64,000 bases of DNA from NCBI GenBank assembly GCA_013239625.1, contig MU053557.1:5653842-5717841 (forward strand). Direction: 5' to 3'. Position numbers and translations under genes: made by a program. Shown in pieces: positions 23,659 through 34,330 of the stretch (position 1 is its first letter; every line of letters starts with the position of its first letter). This DNA is from Lama guanicoe. Lineage: Eukaryota. Below the pieces are notes generated by a model that was not told where the DNA came from, searched no databases, and was given only the letters and a program-made list of their open reading frames with translations.

Positions 23659-23910
23659 CAGGCAGACATCATTTTACTGAGCTTCACAAACTGTATTTTC
23701 TTTAACAAAATTAAGGTTTCTGGCAACACGCCATTGTCAGATGACAGAACTTTTTAAAGTATTTTTAAACTAAGGTATGTACATAGAGCTTTCCTTTTTT
23801 AAGACATAAAGCTATTGCACACTCAAAAGGCTACAGAAGAGTGTAAAACATAACATTTATATGCACTGAGAAACCAAAAAAATTCATGTAACCCACTTTA
23901 CTGAGATATC
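23659..23910. mobile_element. Tigger1-type (Tc1/mariner) internally deleted element in an RPS14 intron
   Basis: caggcagacatcattttactg...aattaaggtttctggcaac...aaggtatgtacat...gctattgcacact...tttatatgcactgagaaaccaaaaaaattcatgt resembles Tigger1 ends. Confidence 0.7.
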
Positions 23911-23977
23911 TGCCAAGCCTCAAATTCAGGTACTCTGGTGCCCAAGCCCAGTGATCTCACCACCCAGTCCCGCCTTA

Positions 23978-24280
<303 letters not shown>

Positions 24281-24613
24281 CTACCATGGGCTCTGCCCTG
24301 ATGGAGTTCAAAGAATTAAACTCTGTACCAACCCTTCATTTAATTCTTCCCATTACACCAGGAAACAGGCACTACCAACCCTCATTTTACGTATGAGGAA
24401 ACCAAAACTTGGGCACCAAATGTATTTCCTTTCCTCTTGAAACTTCAGTGCCTAGAAACTTAACAGCATCTGTGGACTAAACCACCAAGCACATTTCCTC
24501 AACTGAATATTCTTTTAAATTCTTTCAAGAGATCCCCTTAAATTGACACTCAGTTTCAGGATCGTTTCTAACCCGAGCTTTTGCTAGTTGGTTTCTGCCC
24601 ACCCAGGTACTCA

Positions 24614-24766
<153 letters not shown>

Positions 24767-25299
24767 TTAAGGGAAGGAAAAAGAATCCCAATGTTAAGGA
24801 CAAGAACCCCTTTTTCCAAGTATTACAAGAAAACCGCAAGCTTTTCTTCTCTGGGAGAACTTACTCTGGGAAAGGTGCGCGGGACACAACTGAGCATTCG
24901 CTCTCCTGCCCCCAGCCTCCCAAAGCCATGTACACTTCAGCAACCAGGATTCCTAGGTGTCTCTTAGTGGAAGTTAAGCCTCCTCAGCACCTCCCAACCC
25001 ACCCTGGCAAGACTTCTGAGTGCCCCCCATCGCTGCCTTCAGGGGGAATAGGTTCACAGCAGGTACTGAACATTGACGTGCAGCCCCTACCCTAATTTCT
25101 GGCTTCCAGAGGCCTTCCTTGAGCGCCCAGAATTTGCAACGTGCCCGACTTAGCACTCAGATTCAAGCAGCACCCAACAAACGGCAGTTTTCCTTGCATT
25201 TCCTTCCTGAATCCACATTACATCCCTGTGGGACCCATGCGACAGCTATTCCTATTTTCCAGATTCGAGAACAAACTATAGAAATCAGGAGCCCAACCT

Positions 25300-26045
25300 G
25301 CAACCGCACCGGAAGAAGCTGGCGGAGTAGAGGTGGGAGCCCACATCAGACTAAGACCCCCGCTCTTTCCCAACCACGCTGTGCTGCCGCTTGAATTCGG
25401 CTGTGGTCGTAGCGAGGCCTATGCCTTTGAGGTTAGACCCGAACTCACCCCAACTTTATACGCCTTTCCCTGAAGCAAGACCGCCGGCTACCCAGACAGG
25501 GCGCGAACTAGAGTCTCGGTCGGCCGGCCGTGCTCCTCTCGCCTGGTACCTGACTTGGCTTCCGCAGAAAGACCCCAGCTCCGCGACCACTGCCCCGCTG
25601 AGCCCCCGTGCCGCAGGATGCCACTCGATTGTCCTCGCCCGGATCTCCTACCTGATGGCCTTCTCCAGACTCCACCACCGGAAAGAGAGAGTGGAAGAGG
25701 GCGGGGTCACGGGTCACGTCCTGCCCCCGGAAGTGTACGTGTAAGGTCACGGGGTGAGGCCGGCTCCCGGAAGTCACCGCCTTTAGTGTTTGGAAGGAGA
25801 TTAGACACCCTGGAGAAGACGGTTTACTTAAAGGAGCGCCTAAGGGGCTTGGTGTTGCGGCCAGCGGGTCTGCCTCTAAGAAGGCATTAAGGAGCCACAG
25901 CCGGTTCGTGAGGCAAGCCTGTGTTCTAAGATGGCGCGGCCGCGGCTAGAAGAACTTCCGTCCCCCTGACCCTGGGCCTGCTCAGCCTGGAGGCGACAGC
26001 GCATCTCGTGGCGCGGAGGTGAACAACAACAACAAAACTGCGGTG
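25300..26045. promoter_or_regulatory. RPS14 CpG-island promoter
   Basis: CpG-rich; two ETS/GABP sites CCGGAAGT (25727-25734, 25767-25774); GGTCACG three times (25705, 25712, 25745); YY1-like AAGATGGC 25928-25935. Confidence 0.85.
25652..25699 (-). other. RPS14: RPS14 non-coding first exon with 5' TOP tract (exact TSS within the tract unknown)
   Basis: Minus CTCTTCCACTCTCTCTTTCCGGTGGTGGAGTCTGGAG...CAG|GTAGGA; oligopyrimidine start typical of ribosomal protein genes. Confidence 0.88.
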
Positions 26046-26365
26046 CTCTAGACTTTCACCTACTGTGTATTCGGCAAAATAAGAATAAGTTATTCAATAC
26101 TACCATTATATGCTAGCCTGGACTAAGCGATTTGTATGCATTTCCTCATTTAACTCTCACCAAATTATCATATAGATGCTGTTTTGACTTTTTAAAGAAA
26201 GGGATTTTTAACTGAGATTGCACATCTGTGCACAATTTGCAATTCTGACTTAAAAGCCTATGTTTAATAGCTAGTTCCGTATATCCCTCTAATAACAATA
26301 TTTAAGGACCTTGACGGACTGGGAGACTGTATAGATGGAGAAGAGCCAAGAAATAGACTATGTAT

Positions 26366-26398
<33 letters not shown>

Positions 26399-26410
26399 AT
26401 ATATATATAC
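26366..26410. repeat. (TG)~13 microsatellite followed by (AT)n
   Basis: Direct reading of the sequence. Confidence 0.95.
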
Positions 26411-26899
26411 ATATACACCTATACACATAAAGCCCACATAATGAACTATATACTTACCACATACATATATAATTTTTTTAATAAAATGAGCAATTATGCA
26501 AAATAGCCTATAACCCTTTGTGCACTGTGATTGATGCCACTGAACAACTGCAGCTCGATTTAGGGAGGATTTTTTTTTTAAATGTAGTGCTCCCTTTCCC
26601 CTTTACAAAAAGTAATTACTTACAGAAAACCCATAAAAGAGAAACAGGCAGAAAGGAGAACAAAAAATAAAAAAGAAATGACAGTCTTACCCACCACTAT
26701 TAACTCCTTGGTGTATGTTCTTTCCAAACATCATATACATTTAGAAGAGCCACTTCCTTTTTTTTTTTTTAAAGAAAATAACCTTACAATATTTTTCCTT
26801 GATGGTTTAAAAAAATCCATGCTTATTATGAACAATCCTCACAATACGGAACGGTATGTAGCAAAAAGTAAAAATCATCTCTAAATTCTTTCTCCTATA

Positions 26900-27385
26900 G
26901 ATACCACTATTATCAAATTGGAGCATTATTCCAGAAATGACTTTCTATTCTTATATCTGTACCTATATTTTTAGTATATAATATTCAATCTTATGTAAAT
27001 GAAATTGTATTCTATATGCTATTTGGTAACTTTATTTTTCCACACAATGTTGTGGACATCCTCCCATAACAACTAATAGAACTCTACAACATTTTAAAAC
27101 ATATTTAAAATTTCATTTATTATTTTGAATATTAAAGCATTCACACAAATAAAAAATTAGTTATCAAAAAGTAGGTAAAAACAAAACACCCTACTCCTCT
27201 CACCTCTGTCCCCAGCAACACAATCCTCTTCCTTGCAAGCAACCTGGAATGCCTATATTGCACTATTTTTTTGTTACTACATGATATTTCTCTGTATAGT
27301 GGTATCATTGTTTAACCAGTTCTCTGTTGTTGAACATGTAGGGTATTTCTGGAATTTTCAAATATAAAGAGGACACTTTTCAAAT
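26900..27385 (-). mobile_element. Ancient L1M (L1ME-like) fragment, left part of the element split by the retrocopy
   Basis: AT-rich antisense L1 3' motifs (tttaaccagttctctgttgttgaacatgtagg); appears to resume at 30441. Confidence 0.55.
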
Positions 27386-27401
27386 TATCAAGAGCATACT
27401 T

Positions 27402-30400
27402 TTTTTTTACTTGATAAACTTTTATTTTATTTTAGCGTTTATATCCCTCTCCCAGGCTGCCTATTCTCTCTCCCCTGCCCAACTCCAGAGGCAGCCTGAC
27501 CCCATGTTGTGCTTTGGCTGGGGAAGCGGGGTAGAATTGTACCTTTAGGGCTTGTAAACCTACATCAGAACTGGGGCCAACACTTCACACCACCAGCTGG
27601 GTCTGGCCAGGATATGGCACTGGGCACTAACCCTAACACCCCTGAGACCCAGAGCCTATGGACAAGAGCTGCCATCCTCACCCCCCACCACTCAGGACTT
27701 GGTGAAGAGAGGGATGGGAAGTGTACCAAGACCCCCAGAGGCACCTGCAGGAGAGCAGGGCTTGCCAGGGAGAAGGCAAAGAGCCAGGTGAGATTCTTGA
27801 AGTGACTTTGTCTCCATCTAAGGCTCTATGTCCTCTCATTGTGGGTAGTGCCAACTATCCCCCTCCTCCACTGGCCAAGCCTGGAACCAGGGCACCCTAG
27901 CCCTTCCCACTAGCCAACAAGAAACAAAAGCAGTGAAAACACCAAGACTTATTGCTAGGGAAAAAAACCCCTAAGTATTAAAATTAAATTAAAACTGAAG
28001 CCCCAGTCAACTGAGCCAGTAGTGAGCTGATGATTGCAGACACACAGACAGCCCCCCATTTTTTCCCAAGTCTGGGGGTCTCCAAAGACAGCAGGAAGGG
28101 GCCAAGGGCCCAGTCTGTTACCAAGAGGAAACCTCTGGGGAAATAAAGATTGGGGTGGAAGTGCCCTCAGGGGGTCCCCATTTAGGGGCACCGAGGACTG
28201 TAAACATGACCAACTTGAGGGCCAGGAGTGCCCCAGCCCCCTGAGATTCTCCCTGGATGAAGAATGGCCACCGCGGTTGAGTGAAAACAGTGAAGTAGCA
28301 GTTGTCTAGAAGCAAAGTGAGACCTGGTCTCCCAGTGGGAACATTGTGGGTAAGAGGAGGACTGAGTTTGTGAGCTCAGAGAAGGGCTGCGATAGGAAGA
28401 AAGAGGGTTCTGGAAACCAAACATGGCTTCGCAGCTGCTTTTTTGCCCTTATCAGATTGGCACCTGGGCCCTTTCTGGGCTGTGAGTCAGCTTATGGCCT
28501 CTCCTCCATGGGGGAACCTGCTGGAAAGTCAGCTCAGGCCACAGCTGCCCAGCCCAGGACTGGACAAGGTCAAGTGAGCTCCTGAGAGGCCCTTCCCCAG
28601 GCCAGGGGTCGAAAAGCTGGCTCCAGGAGAAGACAGAAGGATGTGTGGTTAAGGAGTGTTGGGAGAGCATGAGAGCTGCCAAGAGAACACAGAAATGGCC
28701 CAAGGCCAGAGGGCCACCACTGTCCCAGGAGCACACCTCAAGGCCTGGCTGAGGCCCCGGGGTAAAGTCCTGCGTCAGCCCCACTCCAGAAGCCCTGGGG
28801 ACCAGGCGATCTCACCGTACTGGTCACGCATGAAGACCCACGCCTGTGCCACCTCCTGCACCTGCTGCCTCTGGAGGCAGGCAGGGGCCCAAGCAAGACA
28901 GCTCCCCTGGAGGGCCAAGCATAATGAGATCAGGCCCAGCTGTGGTGTGGCGGAGCCCAGACTCCTCTGCCCACATGAGGACCAGTCTGGAGTCGCCCCA
29001 GTTGAGGCCTATTGCCAGTAACAGGCTTATGCTGGTCGGTAGGGGCCAGGCGACCAAGGCATGCCCAGGGCTGGGTTTGGGGCTACGCTTCCCTGGAAAC
29101 CAGCCCTCTGGCTGCTTGAGGCTCATCCAGAGCCTGGATTCTCTTGAGAATCAGGCACGATGGCCCCCTCAAGCCTGGGGTTTCTCCGAGTTACAGAGGT
29201 CCTAAAAGAGCTTGAGTCCCTGAAAGCAGGCCCAGCAGGGGCCTCAGGGCTGACCCTAAGCAAGATTTCCCTCACGACCAGGTCCCCTAGTGTCCCAGGG
29301 GTGCGCCTGTCAGCAGGGTCTGGGGCTGAGGTGACGCGAGATCCAGGACCCCTGGTGACTTCAGGTCTGGCCTTGACCGATTTCCCTCAGGAGGGGCCTG
29401 CCTCCTGAGCCACTGGCTCCACAGCGCCCTGACCTCCTGTCCGTACCACTCGTGCCGCTAGGCGAAGGAGGCCGAGTTCTGAGGCCCGTTGGGTGCAGAG
29501 GCACTGCGGCGGGGCGGCCGCGGCCCCGGCCCGGGCCGGGGGTGGCGGGCGCCGGGGCGGCGGGGCGGGGCTGAGCGCAGCCAGCACAGCCGCCAGCTGC
29601 TGCTGCAGGTTTCGCCCCGCCGGCCGCAGGCCAGGGCGTCGAAGCTGGCCCGCCACAGCGCCTTCAGCCCAGCCCTCCATGGCTGCCTGGCTCTCGGCTG
29701 CCGGCACGTAGGTGCGGGCCCGGGCCCCGGCGAAGCGCACGGCGAAGGCGAACTCCTCGGCCGCCCCCACCGTGTGCACGGTGCAGCCCTCCAGGATGGT
29801 GACGCCCACGGGCTCGCGGCCGGCCGCGTCCTCCAGGCAGAAGAGCATGTCACCGCAGCACGGACCAGCAGCGACGGTAGGCCGCGAGCCCGCCGCGCGT
29901 CTTGCCCGGGAGGCGCGCGTGGTCGGCGGGGCCGTCGCGGGCGGCGTGGAAGGCCTGGCTGCGCTCCTTCAGCTTCCTGGCTGAAGGACGCCGCTCTGGG
30001 GCCTGCGGGGGCCGGGGACCTCTCAGGCCGCTGCTCACCTCCCGCCCTCTGCCCAGTTCCGCCTTCGGCTGCTCTTCTCTCGGTTCGAATGTCAGCTCTG
30101 TAGTGTCCAGGCTGTGTGACCCCGAGCAAGCTTTAAGCGTCTCTGGGCCCCTGTTTCCACAGCTGGGTCATTTTTGCCTGCTCTAGCAGGGCAGGGGTTC
30201 TCTGAATTCCAGTGCCTGGCATGTATATAGTTGGTGCTCAAATACCTAGAGGCGCGGCCTAGGGCGACGGGCGGCCGCAGGACAGGAGGTGCCCAGCCGG
30301 TGGGGGGCAGTGGGGGACCCGATCAGTGGCAGTGGTGGCAGCGGGGCTTTGTCTCTGGGCGACCAAGCCAGTGCAATGGCAGGAGAGGGCGGATTCCTTG

Positions 30401-30424
30401 GAAGGTGGCGGCGGTAGTCGGACC
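27402..30424 (-). pseudogene. Processed pseudogene of PHETA1/FAM109A (sesquipedalian-1), apparently full length; disabled CDS at 29387-29978
   Basis: Pieces in shifting frames match PHETA1: KLKERSQAFHAARDGPADHA..., MLFCLEDAAGREPVGVTILEGCTV...EEFAFAVRFAGARARTYV, KALWRASFD, LQQQLAAV, PPRRSASAPNGP, FA*RHEWYGQEVRALWSQWL. AATAAA plus A9 tail at 27400-27434; 16-bp TSD at 27386-27401 and 30425-30440. Confidence 0.92.
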
Positions 30425-30440
30425 TATCAAGAACACACTT

Positions 30441-30700
30441 ATACTGTTCTTTCCTCCAGGGTTAATTGCCAGATATCAAAAGGAATATGTATTTTAAGTT
30501 TTGATATTTGTTGCTAAACTGCCTCCCAGGAAGGTGGTAATTTCTACTTTTGCTGAACTGAGTAAATAAATATATTCCTTGCTGTATTGTATTTTCCCCA
30601 TGATTAGTAAGGTCAGACAACTCTATGGATTTTTTTTTTGGAGCATTTGCATCTCTTCTGAGAATGGTCTATTTATATTCTTTGAAAGAGGAACTTTTTC
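30441..30700 (-). mobile_element. Ancient L1M fragment, right part of the split element
   Basis: aattgccagatatcaaaaggaatatgtattttaagttttgatatttgttgctaaactgcctcccaggaagg...catttgcatctcttctgagaatggtctatt; antisense old-L1 ORF2-end motifs. Confidence 0.55.
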
Positions 30701-31489
30701 GTTCCTGAGTAGTGAGTTCCCCAGTAGAGGAGGTATGTTAGCAGAGACTGGAGTATTGTGGAGTGATTTCCTGCTTTGGATAAGAGCTGTATTAAACAGA
30801 CCTCTAAACCTCAGTGAGGGAGTGCTTGGTGAAGGGAGCACTGCTTGATCTTATGCCTGAAGGCAGTCCAGACAATCACCCCAGGAAACATTTTCCATAG
30901 GGAAGTCCCAGAAACCATCTAGTCTTCATCCCCAAAACCATACAAGTCACTGCTTTCAAATTCCACTGTGATTTTTTTAAATCAACATGTTTATTATTTC
31001 GACAAAGAGTTATTAGTTGTGGGTCCTTGGGCAAAAATTGTAAGCTCTGTGGGCTTTAGTTTTCTTATCTGTTAAATGGGATAATAACAATATTTTAAAG
31101 AATTGTATATTGAAACATATCTGTATTGGGCACTTAGTGCCAAGCTCTTACAATAATGATGTCATTTAAGCTAAGACTTGAAAACAGAGTAGGAATTAGC
31201 TATACCAAAGCAGGTATAGTGGTCTGGGCAGGGAGTACGTACATGCAAAGGTCCTGGGGTCGGAAGGTACTTGGAGAGTTCAAGGAATTAAAAACACATG
31301 GCCAATACAGCTGGGGTGTTGCGTGTGAGGGAAGAGAGAAGGGAGATCAGGCTGGAGAAATGGTGGGAGCTGCTTTCTGCTCTTAACTCCCTGCTGCCTC
31401 GTCTGTTTCTCCCATCCCACCCCACCCCACGCATTGTCAATACTGTGAGCACAGGGAATATGTCTACCATCACCTCTCACAGTTGATTC

Positions 31490-34330
31490 AGTCATTCAGT
31501 AAGTACTTACTGATCGCCTAGTATGTATCTGGCACTTTTCTAGATACTTGGGATACATCAATGACCGAACCAGATAAAGACCCCTAGTATCTTGGAGTTT
31601 ACCTTCTGGCAAGAAGGGCAGGAACAATATCTAAGAAAATTTTCTATTATGTTAGAAGGTGATCAGTACTATGAAAGATAAACAAGTCCAGCAAGATAAA
31701 GGATATAAAGGGTCTGAGGGAAGGGGTGGGGCAGGTGCAGAATTAAATAGAGAGGATAAGAGAGCCTTGTTGAGGAGAGATTTGAGCAGGTGTGAAGGAG
31801 GAGATTGAGCAAGCCATGCCAATATCTAAGGGAAGATTATTACTGGCAGTGGGAACAGCATGTGCAAAGGCCCAAAGGTGGAAGCACCATGGCCATATTC
31901 TAGGAAGGGCAAGGAGGCCAGTGTGACTGGAGTGGAATGAGTGAGGGGAGACAGGTGGGCGACAAGATGTAATGATGAGAACTCATGGGTGCTGGGGGCA
32001 GATTATATAGGCTTTTAGGTCAGTGTTGGGACTTCGGCTTTTACTCCAAGTGGAGCCACTGGAGGATTTTGGGCAGAGGAGTGACAGACTCTGACTTACG
32101 GTTTAATAAGATCACTGTAGATGGTCTGTGGAGAATAGTCTCTCAGTGGGGGTGGGCATGAGAGGTGAAGGTGGAAACAGGGGTCACCGTTAAGAGGCAA
32201 AAGATATTGGTAGCTGAGACCAAGGTGGCATTAGTTGGGGATAGAAAGAAGTGCTCAAAATTTGGTCACATTTTGAAAGTAGATCCAACAGGATTTCCTG
32301 GTAGATTAGACATGAGACATGAGAGAAAGGGCTGTCAAAGATGATCCTAGCATTTCAGGCTGGAGCACCTGGAAGGACAGAGCTGCCATCTGCGGGGGGA
32401 TGGGGAGGCTAATGGTGCAACAGATTTTGGGGGAAAATTAGGTGTTAGTCTCAGGCCTGAGTTTGAGATGTTTCTTCTATATCTAAGTGGAGATGTGATA
32501 TCTTGGGGGAGATAGATGAGTCTGGAATTGAGCAGAGGATCTGGGCTGGAGGGGTCAGTTTGGGAGTCTTCAGCATCTAGATGGTATTTAAAATAACGAG
32601 GCTGCTTGTGACCACTGAGGGGCTGAGTGTCGCTGGAGCAGAGATCCGAGGACTGAGCTTCAAAGCATGGGGATAAGGGCAGGAGAGAGCCAAGGAAAAA
32701 GACGCAGAGAACAGTAAGACAGGAGTGAAACCAAGAGAGGAGGCATCCAGGAAGCCAGGGGAGGAAAGGGAATCAAGGAGAAGGGAGCAGGCAGCTGTGT
32801 CCATGCGCTGAGAGGTCACGTAAGGTGAGGGCTGAGAATGATCACTGATGGAGCAACTTGGAGGCCGCTGGGGACCTTGACAAGGGCAGTTCCATTGTGT
32901 GTGTGTGATGGGGGTGAGTGGGATGTGCAAAGGCTTGAATGGGATAGATTAAAGGAAGAAAGAAAGAGAGCTATAGACCTCGTTTGAATTTTGCTGTGCA
33001 AGTGTGCAAAAGGGCAAAGAATAAGGACATAGGATCAAGTAGTTCATTTCTTTCTTCTGTTTTAAGCTTGCATCAGAACAGATATTTGTACACCAATGGG
33101 AGTGGTCTAGTAGAGAGCGAAAACTTGATAATGGAGCCATGACCTTGAGTAGAAAGAGGTGACCACCTCGAGTGCACAGATGGAGGGACCAGCTTTAGAG
33201 AGGAGCGTGGTTAGTACATTGGTGCAGAAGGGGAGAAGGAAGACACTGGAGGGTAAGTGCCCATGGGAGTGGGAGCTTGAGAATGTTCTCAGCAGGGAGG
33301 TAGGAAGCGATCAGCTGTGTGGCTGGGGTGAAGGGATATTGAGGATTGGAGGCAGGAAAAGGTTTGAAATAGTCACTAAAGTCTAGGGGAATAGAGGATG
33401 ATGCCTGGGCAGCATCCACTCGAGGTTTTCTCCAGCCATGTTCAGCTGCATGGATGCAGGAATGGAGTAGGTGGAGGGTTGGATTTAACCAGGGTTATGG
33501 TTTTGCCCAGAGAAGACAACTTGAGAGGGATGCAGGGGATTTGAGGGTGAAAGCATAGGAATGATTATCACCACTGAGCATGGCAATGAAGCTGGGATAA
33601 GTGGGGTAGTGAAAGCGTCAAGCGGGTGACGGTCAGCATAAAGGTGGTGAAGCAACGGGTTTGAGGTCCCAGTGGAGCAAGGCATGGTTGAAGTCAAGGT
33701 GTATGCTGATACTTTGAGCTGGTGGTCAGGGATTTGAGGGTGTTAGACTAAGAGTGGTGTGGGGAGGCGTTTCAGACCATGGGAGTGACTAGCTGAGATG
33801 ACCTGGGGGACAAGATCATTAGGAGCAGGTCAGGGGACCAGAGGGCAGGGTGATGGCGGCATCGACTATGTGAATATTGAAATAACCAAGAACTGCAATT
33901 GAGAGTGACATTGAGTCCAGGGTCAAGCCCTCAAAGATGAGAGGGTGCGACCTGGGGGCTGGTAGAAGTCTGCACCAAGGTGGGGTCATGGGTGCTGCAG
34001 TGTGGAGACAAAATTCAAAAGGAGCATCCTTTAGCAGGGAGGGAATGAAATTGGCCTGAAACAGACAAATGAGGAGCAGGGAGGACAACATGCCTGGTAT
34101 TTCTCCCTCTCCCTCCCTCTTTTGTTCTCATGTCCAGGGGCTGTGGAAGAGGAAGGAGAAGCCCCTGGGATGCTTGCAGGGGAATGCAGTCTCCTCAGGC
34201 GAGAGCAGGTTTCCCCAGACATGAGGGGCTCATTGAGAGAAAAGACTGGGATAGAGGAGATTCCGCTGCAGGTGTTCTGGAATTCCCGAGGGCAGCAGCG
34301 AAAGTCCTTTAGGTGTTGAGCAGGAGTCTG
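31490..34330 (-). mobile_element. Long L2 LINE remnant with RT and endonuclease traces
   Basis: L2 3' terminus at ~31490 (tcattcagtaagtacttactgatcgcctagtatgt); RT-like GTALVKVPSGLQVA in ORF 32816-33001; EN-like VLGYFNIHIVD in ORF 33819-34091. Confidence 0.8.

Noticed and set aside
30003..30038. GTGAG...CCGCAG micro-intron in the retrocopy leader
   Set aside because: 36 nt is too short for a normal mammalian spliceosomal intron.
29489..30103. 204-aa + strand ORF
   Set aside because: Antisense shadow of the GC-rich PHETA1 pseudogene CDS.
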